Below are positions 9,348 through 19,153 of a stretch of DNA of 64,000 nucleotides, one piece after another; position 1 is the stretch's first letter; every line of letters starts with the position of its first letter. The stretch spans positions 5,565 through 69,564 of the forward strand of contig JAJDOL010000276.1 in NCBI GenBank assembly GCA_022340195.1, in the 5' to 3' direction. Made by a program: the position numbers and the translations under genes. Under the pieces are notes generated by a model. That model ran no database searches and had not been told where the DNA came from. It worked only from the letters and a program-made list of their open reading frames with translations. Source of the stretch: Chromatiaceae bacterium. GTDB taxonomy: Bacteria > Pseudomonadota > Gammaproteobacteria > Chromatiales > Chromatiaceae.

Positions 9348-10898
9348 ATGAACGATAAAGATCATTTGATAATCTTCGACACTACCTTGCGCGATGGCGA
9401 GCAGAGTCCGGGCGCGTCCATGACCCGGGAAGAGAAGGTCCGCATTGCCAAGGCCTTGGAGAAGTTACGGGTCGACGTTATCGAGGCCGGCTTCCCCATC
9501 GCCAGTCCCGGTGATTTCGCGGCGGTCAAGGCCGTGGCCGCCAGCGTGAAGGACAGCACCGTCTGCGGCCTTGCGCGGGCCCTGGACGGAGACATCGACC
9601 GTGCGGGAGAGGCCCTGGCGGGGGCCAACTCGGCCCGCATCCACACGTTCATTGCTACTTCTCCGATCCATATGGAGAAAAAGCTGCGCATGAGCCCGGA
9701 CGAGGTGGTCGTACAGGCCGTCCGCGCGGTCCAGCGGGCGCGTCGCTACACGGATAACGTGGAGTTCTCTCCGGAGGATGCGGGTCGCTCCGAGACCGAC
9801 TTCCTGTGCCGGGTGCTGGAGGCGGTTATCGAAGCCGGTGCGCAGACAGTGAACATCCCCGACACCGTGGGTTACAACGTACCCTACCAGTTCGGCGACC
9901 TGATCCGTACCCTGATCGAGCGCGTACCCAACTCGGACAAGGCCGTGTTTTCGGTTCACTGCCACAACGACCTGGGGTTGGCCACCGCCAACTCCCTTGC
10001 CGCGGTGCGCAACGGCGCCCGCCAGGTGGAGTGCACCGTCAACGGCCTCGGAGAGCGAGCAGGTAACGCCTCCCTGGAGGAGGTCGTCATGGCCGTGCGC
10101 ACCCGCCAGGACCACTTCGACTGCGATACCCGCCTGGATACGACCCAGATCGTGCCCTGCTCGCGCCTGGTCTCCGGCATCACCGGCTTCGCCGTCCAGC
10201 CCAACAAGGCGGTCGTGGGCGCCAATGCCTTCGCCCACGAGGCGGGTATCCACCAGGACGGCGTGCTCAAGCACCGCGAGACCTATGAGATCATGCGTGC
10301 CCAGGACGTGGGTTGGACGGACAACCGCATGGTGCTGGGCAAGCACTCCGGGCGCAACGCCTTCCGCTCGCGGCTGCAGGATTTGGGCGTGACCTTTGCG
10401 TCCGAAGAGGAGCTCAACGCCGCCTTCTCCCGCTTCAAGGACTTGGCTGACAAGAAGCACGAGGTCTTCGACGAGGACTTGCAGACTCTTGTGACCGAGG
10501 CCAGCCTGGAAGCCACCAACGAGCGAGTCAAACTGATCTCGCTGCGAGTCTGCTCGGAGACGGGGGAGACGCCGAAGGCAAACCTGACACTCGCTCTGGA
10601 CGGAGAGGAGAAGCCCGGGATCTCCATCGGAGGCGGTCCGGTCGATGCCACCTTCAAGGCCATCGAGACCATTGTCGACAGCGGGGCCGTGCTCAAGCTC
10701 TATTCGGTCAACGCCATCACCAGCGGCACAGACGCTCAAGGCGAGGTCACGGTTCGGTTGGAGAAAGGGGGTCGCATTGTCAACGGTCAGGGTGCCGACA
10801 CGGACATCGTCATCGCCTCCGCGAAGGCCTACATCAATGCCTGCAACAAGATCCTGCAGCCGCGCGAGCGGGCGCATCCACAAACCGGCGACGTCTAG
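9348..10898 (+). CDS. leuA: 2-isopropylmalate synthase
   Basis: [46 protein letters not shown] and C-terminal regulatory domain. Confidence 0.98.
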   Translation: MNDKDHLIIFDTTLRDGEQSPGASMTREEKVRIAKALEKLRVDVIEAGFPIASPGDFAAVKAVAASVKDSTVCGLARALDGDIDRAGEALAGANSARIHTFIATSPIHMEKKLRMSPDEVVVQAVRAVQRARRYTDNVEFSPEDAGRSETDFLCRVLEAVIEAGAQTVNIPDTVGYNVPYQFGDLIRTLIERVPNSDKAVFSVHCHNDLGLATANSLAAVRNGARQVECTVNGLGERAGNASLEEVVMAVRTRQDHFDCDTRLDTTQIVPCSRLVSGITGFAVQPNKAVVGANAFAHEAGIHQDGVLKHRETYEIMRAQDVGWTDNRMVLGKHSGRNAFRSRLQDLGVTFASEEELNAAFSRFKDLADKKHEVFDEDLQTLVTEASLEATNERVKLISLRVCSETGETPKANLTLALDGEEKPGISIGGGPVDATFKAIETIVDSGAVLKLYSVNAITSGTDAQGEVTVRLEKGGRIVNGQGADTDIVIASAKAYINACNKILQPRERAHPQTGDV

Positions 10899-10900
10899 CG

Positions 10901-11686
10901 ATGGATCGGGAGCGCAGCCGTCACTACCTGCGCGCTATGGGTGTGCAGGTGTGGCGGCCAAGGGAAGAGGAATGCGTCGTCGAGCGGCGGGAGGACGCGC
11001 CTCCAGCGGAGGAATCCCCGGGTTGGAGCACTCCGCCCGCAGCTGAGGTGCCCTCCGCTGCACGGCTCGAGCCACCGCCCCGGGCGGAACCGGATTCAGT
11101 TCCTTCCAATAACCTCGCCGAGATGGATTGGGAGCGCCTGCGCGAAGCCGTGTCCTCCTGTCACGCCTGCGAGCTATGCGCGACCCGGACGCAGACGGTG
11201 TTCGGCGTCGGTAACCGCCAGGCCGATCTGATGATCATCGGTGAGGCGCCGGGTGCCGATGAGGATCGCCAGGGCGAACCATTCGTAGGCCGGGCCGGGC
11301 AGTTGCTCAACCTGATGCTCGAGGCCATCGGGCTCGGGCGCGACCAGGTCTATATCGCCAACATCCTCAAGTGCCGCCCGCCCGGAAACCGGGACCCGCG
11401 TCCCGAAGAGGCTTTGTGTTGCGAGCCTTACCTGATGCGGCAAATCGCCCTCCTGCGACCCAGGGTGCTGCTGTCGGTGGGACGGATCTCGGCCCAGAAT
11501 CTGCTCAAGACCGATGCCCCGATCGGCCGGTTGCGCGGGCGCTGGTTCGAGCTCGGCCCCGAAGGGACCCCGCTTACCGTCACATATCATCCCGCCTATC
11601 TGTTGCGGTCACCGGACCAGAAGTCCAAGTCTTGGAAAGACCTGCTCCAGGTCGCGCTTCGCCTGCGCGATATGGCTGGGGATTAA
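10901..11686 (+). CDS. uracil-DNA glycosylase family 4 (Fe-S type)
   Basis: CxxC..., [40 protein letters not shown]. Confidence 0.95.
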   Translation: MDRERSRHYLRAMGVQVWRPREEECVVERREDAPPAEESPGWSTPPAAEVPSAARLEPPPRAEPDSVPSNNLAEMDWERLREAVSSCHACELCATRTQTVFGVGNRQADLMIIGEAPGADEDRQGEPFVGRAGQLLNLMLEAIGLGRDQVYIANILKCRPPGNRDPRPEEALCCEPYLMRQIALLRPRVLLSVGRISAQNLLKTDAPIGRLRGRWFELGPEGTPLTVTYHPAYLLRSPDQKSKSWKDLLQVALRLRDMAGD

Positions 11687-11750
11687 GGCGATTTCTGTCG
11701 AATGTTACGCTTTATCTATCCCCAAGCTGTACTCGATAGAAAAAAGAGAA

Positions 11751-11778
11751 TAGTAAAATAATGAAATACTAATATAAT
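11751..11778 (+). promoter_or_regulatory. AT-rich promoter of sulfur globule protein gene with overlapping inverted repeat
   Basis: Perfect -10 TATAAT at 11773-11778; TAGTA-N11-TACTA palindrome at 11751-11771 over the -35/spacer region. Confidence 0.55.
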
Positions 11779-11846
11779 GTGCACCCGATGGCGCATAAAC
11801 GCCTTCGCTTGCTGCATCAGATCCAATCAGACTCAGGAGAAATTAA

Positions 11847-12206
11847 ATGAAAAAGCTCGCTACTGCCGCCGCTGTTGCCGCGCTTCTCGGCGCCTCTGCT
11901 ACCGCTTCCGCTTTTTGGGGTGGCCCAGGTTGGGGTGGCCCAGGTTGGGGCAACGGTGGAAACGACTGGTGGAACGACATGTTCGGCGACGGATACGGTG
12001 ACTTCAACATGAACATGTCCGGTGGCGGACGTGGTTGGGGTCGCGGGTACAACCGCTATCGCGATTATTACGGTTACGGTCCCTACGGTTGGGGCGGCCC
12101 CTGGGGTGGATACGGCGTCCCCTACTATGGTGGTGGATATCCGTATGCCTACCCGTATGCGGCTCCGGCGGCCCCGGCGGCTCCGGCCCCCGCCGAATCC
12201 AAGTAA
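11847..12206 (+). CDS. sgpA: sulfur globule protein SgpA/SgpB (CV1/CV2) type
   Basis: Sec signal (…SATASA|FW), then WGGPGW repeats, [20 protein letters not shown] core as in Allochromatium SgpA, Gly/Tyr/Pro-rich region and APAAP tail; AGGAG RBS. Confidence 0.88.
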   Translation: MKKLATAAAVAALLGASATASAFWGGPGWGGPGWGNGGNDWWNDMFGDGYGDFNMNMSGGGRGWGRGYNRYRDYYGYGPYGWGGPWGGYGVPYYGGGYPYAYPYAAPAAPAAPAPAESK

Positions 12207-12259
12207 GGACTTCTCTGCTCTCGTAAGGATCTACGCACACGGACGTGCAGAAAGAAACC

Positions 12260-12285
12260 GCGCTCTACGGAGCGCTTTTTTGTTT
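12260..12285 (+). terminator. rho-independent terminator of sgpA
   Basis: GCGCTC-TACG-GAGCGC stem-loop followed by TTTTTTGTTT. Confidence 0.8.
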
Positions 12286-12321
12286 CGAAGTTGCTTGAAA
12301 CCGGGTTCTGGTGCCGGGTTT

Positions 12322-13002
12322 TTAGGTTGAAGCTTCCGATGTGTCGCTTCCACGCAAGGATATCACAGGCCAATCCCGTTCACGGGCGTGACACCGTAGC
12401 GGCTCGTCCGGATCCACTGCCACCGGGTAGTCGACGCGTTCCAAGAGGGCGATGTCGTTGTGGGAGTCGGTGTAGAAGGTGCTGCCCTCGAGCTCGCCCC
12501 CCGCTTCATCCAACCAACGCAGTAGCCGCGTCACCTTTCCCTCCCGAAACGATGGCGTACCGGTCACCTCTCCGGTGTAGCGACCGTTCGTCCGCTCCGG
12601 GACGGTAGCGATCAGGTTGTGTATCCCGAGGCGTTCGGCGATGGGCGCGGTGACGAATTCATTGGTTGCCGTGATGATGAGAAGCTCATCCCCCAGTTCC
12701 CGGTGGCGTTGCACCAGCTCGCGCCCAGCCGGCAGGATAATGGGCTCGATTTTCTCGCGCAGAAACTCCCGGCGCCAGCGCTCGAGATCGTCGGCCGGGT
12801 TGTCCCGCAAGGGACGGAGGGAAAAGCGCAAGAACTCATAGATGTCCAGGCAACCCTCCTTGTACTCGCGGTAGAAGCGCTCGTTCTCGCGCTCGAACTC
12901 CTTACCGTCCACGATGCCGTGCTCGGTAAGAAAGGTCCCCCACAGATAGTCGGAATCGCCGGCGAGAAGGGTGTTGTCGAGGTCGAAAATGGCCAGTGCC
13001 AA
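12322..13002 (-). CDS. HAD-IB family phosphatase (SerB-like, probable histidinol-phosphatase)
   Basis: LAIFDLDNTLLAGDSD, IITATN, FYTDSHND, VAVDPD. TTG start at 13002 behind a CAGGAG RBS; divergent from rppH as in Pseudomonas. Confidence 0.88.
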   Translation of the reverse strand: MALAIFDLDNTLLAGDSDYLWGTFLTEHGIVDGKEFERENERFYREYKEGCLDIYEFLRFSLRPLRDNPADDLERWRREFLREKIEPIILPAGRELVQRHRELGDELLIITATNEFVTAPIAERLGIHNLIATVPERTNGRYTGEVTGTPSFREGKVTRLLRWLDEAGGELEGSTFYTDSHNDIALLERVDYPVAVDPDEPLRCHARERDWPVISLRGSDTSEAST

Positions 13003-13117
13003 GGCGTGCTCCTGAAAGATAAAGTGATTTTCCGAGAAACCATGTCCACCCGCCGGGTTGCCCGTGGCGCCGCGGATGTGGAGAATGAGGAAGAAGTGCA
13101 TAGTACGGGAAGTCGCC

Positions 13118-13657
13118 TTGATCGACCCGGACGGTTTCAGGCCCAACGTCGGAATCATTCTGACCAATACCGAGCGCCACCTGTTCTGGGGGCGGCGGGT
13201 TGGGCAGAACGCTTGGCAGTTTCCGCAGGGCGGTATCAAGTCGGATGAAACACCAAAGCAAGCGATGTTCCGCGAGCTCCAGGAGGAGGTAGGCCTTCAC
13301 CCCCACCATGTGACTCTGCTCGGGAGTACCAAGCGTTGGCTCCGCTATCGCCTCCCCAAGCGTTTCATCCGTCGCCACTGTGGTCCGATCTGCATAGGTC
13401 AGAAACAGGTCTGGTTCATGCTCAGGATAGACTGCGGTGAGGAGTCCTTTTGCCTCGACATGTGCGACAAGCCCGAATTCGACGCATGGCGCTGGGTGAG
13501 GTATTGGCACCCGCTCCGCGAGGTCGTTTATTTCAAGCGCCGAGTCTACCAGCAGGCCCTTGAAGAGCTGGCACCCTTGCTCTATCCGGAAGGCCCGCCG
13601 GTGCGGCAAGTACCGCATCCGGCACACCGCACGGTGCTGCAGCACAAGCGCGGTTGA
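13118..13657 (+). CDS. rppH: RNA pyrophosphohydrolase
   Basis: [21 protein letters not shown]...RELQEEVG Nudix box, [15 protein letters not shown]. Confidence 0.97.
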   Translation: MIDPDGFRPNVGIILTNTERHLFWGRRVGQNAWQFPQGGIKSDETPKQAMFRELQEEVGLHPHHVTLLGSTKRWLRYRLPKRFIRRHCGPICIGQKQVWFMLRIDCGEESFCLDMCDKPEFDAWRWVRYWHPLREVVYFKRRVYQQALEELAPLLYPEGPPVRQVPHPAHRTVLQHKRG

Positions 13658-13760
13658 GATTTGCGGGGACGGCACCGTCGGTGCCGCCGGCCGATAGATT
13701 TTGCTTCGGCGCACCCGTCATTCAACAGGTGCCGAAGGCAGGTACCGACCGTTGTTTTCT

Positions 13761-16025
13761 ATGTTCGAGACCCTTCGCCGTATCGTTCATGCAGTCAACG
13801 AGGCGCCTGACCTCGAACGGGCCCTCGCGGTTATCGTGGGGCGCGTCAGAGATACCCTGGGTGCCGATGTCTGCTCCGTATATCTCACCGATTTCGACTC
13901 CCGCGAGCATGTGCTCCAGGCCACGGAGGGACTAAGGTCCGAGGCCGTCGGCAAGGTGCGGTTACCACTGAACAGGGGCCTCATCGGTTGGGTCAGCGAG
14001 CGCAGGGAGCCAGTCAATCTGGCCGACGCCTCCAGCCATCCGCGGTATCTCTTCATCCACGAGACAGGAGAAGATCGCTTCCGCGGTTTTCTCGGAGTAC
14101 CCATCGTCCAAAATCGCAAGGTCCTGGGCGTGCTTGTTCTGCGCCAATGTGAGTCCCGCACCTTCGAGGACGACGAGGTGACCCTGATGATGACCCTGGC
14201 TTCCCAGCTAGCCGGGGCCATTACCCACGCGCGAGCCAGCGGTGAGCTGGCTCGCCTGCAGCATACCAATAGCTTACCGAATCACTTTCTTCAGGGCCTG
14301 GCGGCCTCGCCCGGAATCGCTATCGGCCGCATTCTGGTGGTGTATCCGCCGGCGGATCTCGAGGCTGTGCCCGACCGGCCGGCCTCGGACCCACAGGAGC
14401 AGGAGGAATCCTTCCGCGACGCCGTCCAGGATGTGGTAGAAGAGCTCGAACAATTCGCCAAGCGGACCGCAAAGGACCTGCCGGCGGAGGACCGGGCTTT
14501 ATTCGACGCCTGGCTGCTGATGCTCGAGAGCGACACTCTGATCGATGGCACGGTCGAGCGCATCCGCCAGGGCAACTGGGCGCCCGGTGCGTTGCGCGAG
14601 ACCATCGAGGAGCACGCCCGCGTGTTCGATGCCATGGAGGATACCTACCTGCGCGAGCGTGCCGCTGACGTACGGGATCTGGGCCGGCGCATCCTGATGC
14701 ATCTGCAGAATTTGGAGGTGCGCCCCGTCGAGTACCCGCCCGACACCGTCCTCATGGGCGAGGAGGTCAGCGCCATGCAGATTGCGGCCGTACCCAAGGG
14801 CTCGCTCGCCGGAGTCGTTGCCTCTCGGGGATCGAGCTCGTCCCACGTCGCCATCCTGGCCCGGGGCATGGGTGTCCCGGCGGCCATGGGCGTGGCGGAT
14901 TTACCGGTGGGCCGTCTGGATGGAGTCGAGGCCGTCGTCGACGGCTATCGCGGCCGTATTTACCTGTCCCCTGGACCCGCTGTGCGCGCCGAGTACCAGC
15001 GATTACGAAACAGCGACCGGGCTCTTTCCGACGAGCTCGAAGGCCTGCGCCAACTCCCCTCCGAGACACCGGACGGCTATCACTTGCCGCTGTTTCTCAA
15101 CACCGGCCTGGTGTCCGAGTCGCGCCCGTTGGGCATCGAGGAGTCGGCGGGCGTCGGCCTTTATCGGACCGAGCTGCCGTTCATCGTGCGCGACCGCTTC
15201 CCGGGGGAAGCTGTCCAATTAACCAATTACCGCCACGTCCTGGAGATATTTGCCCCGAGGCCTGTGACCATCCGCACCCTGGATGTGGGTGGCGACAAGC
15301 CGCTGCCGTACTTCCCCATGAGCGAATCCAATCCCTTCCTGGGCTGGCGGGGGATTCGCATTACGTTGGATCAACCGGAGATCTTTCTTACCCAGGTCCG
15401 GGCCATGCTGCGGGCGGCAATCGGACTGGACAATCTCCAGATCCTGTTGCCCATGATCAGCACGGTCGACGAGGTGGACGAGGCCAAGTTGTTGATAAGG
15501 CGCGCCCACGACGAGCTGCGGGAGGACGGACAAGAGGTGCGGATGCCACCGGTTGGCATCATGGTGGAGGTTCCAGCCGCTGTCTACCAGATCGAGGCCC
15601 TGGCACGCCGTGTCGACTTCCTGTCGGTGGGTACCAACGACCTCACCCAGTATATCCTGGCGGTCGACCGCAACAATGCTCACGTCGCCAAGCTCTACGA
15701 CGATCTGCATCCGGCGGTGCTGCGGGCCCTGACGGAGATAATGAAGGGGGCTAGGACCTACGGGCGCGAGGTCAGTATCTGCGGCGAGATGGCCGGCGAC
15801 CCCATGGCGGTGGTGCTGCTGCTCGGCATGGGAGTGCACAGCCTGAGCATGGGCGCCGGCAGTCTGTTGCGCGTCAAGTGGGTCATTCGCAGCATGAGCC
15901 GCATGCGGGCCAGAGAGCTCCTTAGCGTCGCCCTTCAGTGCGAGGATACGGCTTGTGTCCGTCGCCTGCTTCTGGAAGCTCTGGAAGATGTCGGCCTTGG
16001 GGGATTGGTGCTGCCTGGTAGCTAA
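13761..16025 (+). CDS. ptsP: PEP-protein phosphotransferase enzyme I-Ntr (GAF + EI)
   Basis: N-terminal GAF, SHVAILAR phospho-His, GVGLYRTE, NPFLGWRGIR, SVGTNDL, CGEMAG; follows rppH. Confidence 0.97.
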   Translation: MFETLRRIVHAVNEAPDLERALAVIVGRVRDTLGADVCSVYLTDFDSREHVLQATEGLRSEAVGKVRLPLNRGLIGWVSERREPVNLADASSHPRYLFIHETGEDRFRGFLGVPIVQNRKVLGVLVLRQCESRTFEDDEVTLMMTLASQLAGAITHARASGELARLQHTNSLPNHFLQGLAASPGIAIGRILVVYPPADLEAVPDRPASDPQEQEESFRDAVQDVVEELEQFAKRTAKDLPAEDRALFDAWLLMLESDTLIDGTVERIRQGNWAPGALRETIEEHARVFDAMEDTYLRERAADVRDLGRRILMHLQNLEVRPVEYPPDTVLMGEEVSAMQIAAVPKGSLAGVVASRGSSSSHVAILARGMGVPAAMGVADLPVGRLDGVEAVVDGYRGRIYLSPGPAVRAEYQRLRNSDRALSDELEGLRQLPSETPDGYHLPLFLNTGLVSESRPLGIEESAGVGLYRTELPFIVRDRFPGEAVQLTNYRHVLEIFAPRPVTIRTLDVGGDKPLPYFPMSESNPFLGWRGIRITLDQPEIFLTQVRAMLRAAIGLDNLQILLPMISTVDEVDEAKLLIRRAHDELREDGQEVRMPPVGIMVEVPAAVYQIEALARRVDFLSVGTNDLTQYILAVDRNNAHVAKLYDDLHPAVLRALTEIMKGARTYGREVSICGEMAGDPMAVVLLLGMGVHSLSMGAGSLLRVKWVIRSMSRMRARELLSVALQCEDTACVRRLLLEALEDVGLGGLVLPGS

Positions 16026-16218
16026 CCGGCGGCAATTGGGCGCAAATCGAATCGCGATTGAGCTCGTTCGAGCGACTACGTTCTTCCTACGTTAATGCTC
16101 ACGTCGATTTCCTGACGCCCTCGAGCACGACTTCCACGCAGGTGATCGGCTTGTTTCGCCGTGGCTGGCTCGCGAAATCGATGCCGTGGACCTTCATGTT
16201 TTTCCTTGAAGACTCGTC

Positions 16219-16752
16219 TTAGAAAATTACGCCGACACTGCCGTAAACACCGCCGCTTCCGCCGCCGATCCCGATATTTAGCCACGGGCGCGTGTAATCG
16301 CCCCCGATTTGCTGGTCCGGCCAGAGCTGAACATTGTAGCTTTCGATCAATGGGAGGCTGTCGTCCTCTTCCACGATAGTTCCTTCGCGGATTCCGGTGA
16401 TGCGGCCGGTCGCAGTGACTCGTTGGCCCGCTTGGAAGTCCGCGGTCTCTAAGAAACCCGGGTGGACGATGATGAATCGTCCCGTTCGCGGGGAGCCCGG
16501 GCTCGGGCGACCGCAGCTGTCCAGTGGATAGGCGACTACCCCGAGCTCCGTGCTGTCCCTGCGATGATGTATCGCGACCAGGGTGCCGCCCCAATGGACT
16601 ATCTCGCCCAAATGACTATCGGTCGAGGACACGGCCGAGGGTGTAATGGAAGTGTTGACGACGGGTGCGCGGAAACCGCCGCTCGCGCATCCGGTCAGCA
16701 GCAGAATCAGGATGGGAAGGAGGGCTCCGATCTGTCGCTTGCGTAATGGCAT
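16219..16752 (-). CDS. Slp family outer-membrane lipoprotein
   Basis: Lipobox LTGC; VHWGGT, YPLD..GRP, GRFI...GFLE...F..G..VT..G. Confidence 0.88.
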   Translation of the reverse strand: MPLRKRQIGALLPILILLLTGCASGGFRAPVVNTSITPSAVSSTDSHLGEIVHWGGTLVAIHHRRDSTELGVVAYPLDSCGRPSPGSPRTGRFIIVHPGFLETADFQAGQRVTATGRITGIREGTIVEEDDSLPLIESYNVQLWPDQQIGGDYTRPWLNIGIGGGSGGVYGSVGVIF

Positions 16753-16769
16753 TGACGGCGGATCGCCCG

Positions 16770-18182
16770 TCAGGGCGCAGGTAGAGACTTGCCGGGATTC
16801 AGGACTCCGTTGGGATCGAACTGACGCTTGATGTCCTGCATCAGACGCAGGGTAACCGGGTCGATCTCCCGCTCGACGAAGTCTCGCTTCGCGATGCCGA
16901 TGCCATGCTCGCCGGAGATGCTTCCATCGAGCTCGATCACCATGTCGAAGAGGGCGTCCAGGCACTTGTCCGCCCGAGCCATTTCCTTCGTGTCGTCTGG
17001 ATCCACCAGCAAGTTGACGTGGATGTTGCCGTTACCCGCGTGGCCGAAATTGACGATGCGAATGCCCGTCTCCCGCGATAGGCGCTCCAAGCCATCGATG
17101 AGCTCCAGCATCCGGGAGACGGGGACGACCACATCCTCGTTGATCCTCTTGGGTGCCATCCGGCGTAGGGCGGGTGCCAGCGCCTGGCGTGTTTTCCAGA
17201 TGGCCGCACGCGCGGCGGCGTCCTGCGCCTCGTTGATTTCCTGACAATCCTCGACCCGTGCGACTTGGGCCAGGGTCTGCGCGGCTTCGTCGATGCAGTG
17301 GGCAGGGCCGTCTACCTCGATCATCAGCAAGGCTCCCGTGTCCGCCGGCAGGTCCTGGTCCGAGTAGCTGCGGACCGCATCGAGAGCGGCCCTGTCCATG
17401 AGCTCCAATGCGCAAGGTGTAACGGGCTGGGCCATGATGGCCGAGACCGCGGTTGCCGCGGCCTTTATGTCGCGGTAGGTCGCCCGCAGTGTGCGCTTTG
17501 CCTCGGGTAGGGGGGTCAGCTTCAAGGTGGCCTGTGTGATTAGGGCCAGTGTCCCCTCGGAGCCTATGATCAGGCGGGTTAGGTCGTAGCCGACTACCCC
17601 CTTTGTGGTGAACACGCCGGTTCGGATACTTTCACCCGCGCCTGTGACCGCTGTCAGGCCTAGGGTATTCTCGCGCGGGGTTCCGTACTTGACTGCCCGT
17701 GGGCCAGCGGCGTTGCAGGCCAGATTGCCGCCGATCGTGCAGACCGGGGCGCTGGTGGGATCCGGGGGCCAGAAGAAGCCCGACTCTCCGACGGCCTGTT
17801 GGAGCGCCTCGTTGGTCACGCCGGGCTCCACCACCGCCAGGCGATTCGCCGCGTCGATGCGCAGGATGCGCCTCATGCGCTCGAAGGAGAGGACGATGCC
17901 GCCACGGTCCGGAACCGTTGCCCCGGTGGTTCCCGTACCCCGACCCCTTGCCGTCAAAGGGATGCACAGGCGGTTGCAGAGGCTCACTACCGCGGATACC
18001 TGCGCCGACTCGGTGACCAAGACGACTGCTTGGGGCAGTGCTTGCTGGCGGCTGTTGTCGTAGCCGTAGGGCCAGCAGTCCGCCGGATCTGTGAGAAGGC
18101 CCTCGGCTCCCAACAGTGCATTGAGCTCGTGCAGGGCCTGGATTGGTAGCTCCGGGGGCGGGCTAGGGCTCGATGTACTCAA
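16770..18182 (-). CDS. FAD-linked oxidase, GlcD/D-lactate dehydrogenase-like
   Basis: RGRGTG, FWPPDPTS..CTIGGN, GYDLT..IIGSEGTL, EDVVVP, GHAGNGNIH, ISGEHGIG, LNPGK. Confidence 0.9.
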   Translation of the reverse strand: MSTSSPSPPPELPIQALHELNALLGAEGLLTDPADCWPYGYDNSRQQALPQAVVLVTESAQVSAVVSLCNRLCIPLTARGRGTGTTGATVPDRGGIVLSFERMRRILRIDAANRLAVVEPGVTNEALQQAVGESGFFWPPDPTSAPVCTIGGNLACNAAGPRAVKYGTPRENTLGLTAVTGAGESIRTGVFTTKGVVGYDLTRLIIGSEGTLALITQATLKLTPLPEAKRTLRATYRDIKAAATAVSAIMAQPVTPCALELMDRAALDAVRSYSDQDLPADTGALLMIEVDGPAHCIDEAAQTLAQVARVEDCQEINEAQDAAARAAIWKTRQALAPALRRMAPKRINEDVVVPVSRMLELIDGLERLSRETGIRIVNFGHAGNGNIHVNLLVDPDDTKEMARADKCLDALFDMVIELDGSISGEHGIGIAKRDFVEREIDPVTLRLMQDIKRQFDPNGVLNPGKSLPAP

Positions 18183-18798
18183 AGACTTTGATTACCTTGG
18201 TCACGCCGGGCACGTAACGGGCCTTTTCCGCTGCCTCGTCCCCCTCCCGGGAGTACACCAGACCCATGAGGTACACGGTGCCTTCCTCGGTAACTACCTT
18301 GACTCGTGTGGTATCGAATCCGGGAATGTCGATTTCCGTCAGAGCGATTTTGACCCTGGACGTGATCAGGGCGTCCTCGCTCTCACGCGCAAAGCTTGCC
18401 AAGGGTCCGATCGTGACCTCGTTGATCACCTTCCTTACCCTCGGCAAACGGGCGACCTTGTCGGCAAACCGGTCGCTGATCGCCTGGGTCTCGGCCTGTC
18501 CGGTGAGGAGTACCAGATGATTGTAGCTGGTGATGGCGATACGGCTATGCTGGTTGATGTCGGGATTGTCGATTAACAGCTGCGCGGCCGAGTGCTCCGT
18601 GTGCTCGTCCTCCAGTACGGTGAGTGAATCGCGCCGCTCATGGGCTACTGAGGCACCGGCCGCGACGCCGCCGACCACCAGGGCGCCGCATCCTTGCAGC
18701 AACGAAACCGTAACCGCGAGGACCAATGCCGCCCTCAGAGCCCCTTTTTCAAGTGTTCCGAAAATCGGGAGGAATCGGTTTCTTAGCTCATTCCACAT
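18163..18798 (-). CDS. dolP: BON-domain lipoprotein DolP/YraP
   Basis: Lipobox LQGC and two BON domains (VLLTGQ; DALITSRVK...KVVTEEGTVYLMGLV). Confidence 0.92.
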   Translation of the reverse strand: MWNELRNRFLPIFGTLEKGALRAALVLAVTVSLLQGCGALVVGGVAAGASVAHERRDSLTVLEDEHTEHSAAQLLIDNPDINQHSRIAITSYNHLVLLTGQAETQAISDRFADKVARLPRVRKVINEVTIGPLASFARESEDALITSRVKIALTEIDIPGFDTTRVKVVTEEGTVYLMGLVYSREGDEAAEKARYVPGVTKVIKVFEYIEP

Positions 18799-19153
18799 TG
18801 AATGCACTCCTGATCCAGTCGATGTGGTCCTCACCGCTGAACGCGATAACGTCGAAACGGCATGGCAGATTAGACGGATGGTGCTGCAGATAATGCGCCG
18901 CAGTTGCCGCAAGTCGGCGTTGCTTGTGGATGTCGACGGTTTCCGCTGGGGTGCCGAAACGCGTGGACGCCCGGAATCGGACCTCGACGAATACCAGGGT
19001 GCTGGCCTCGCGCATCACAAGATCGATCTCACCGCGCCGGCATCGGTAATTGCGCTTCAACAGGCGCAGGCCGTTCTTCTCGAGGTACGCGCAGGCGAGG
19101 CGCTCCTTTTCCTCGCCTGCAATCGATCTGCGGCTACGGATGGGAGACGCCAA
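18788..19153 (-). CDS. yraN: YraN (UPF0102) family protein
   Basis: ERLACAYL...RNYRCRRGEIDLVM...LVFVEVRFR...CRFDV; start approximate. Confidence 0.92.
   Translation of the reverse strand: MASPIRSRRSIAGEEKERLACAYLEKNGLRLLKRNYRCRRGEIDLVMREASTLVFVEVRFRASTRFGTPAETVDIHKQRRLAATAAHYLQHHPSNLPCRFDVIAFSGEDHIDWIRSAFNVE

Noticed and set aside
11914-12192. Short tandem repeats (TGGGGTGGCCCAGGT x2; GCGGCYCCG units)
   Set aside because: They encode the WGGPG and APA repeats of the sulfur globule protein; not CRISPR or a mobile repeat
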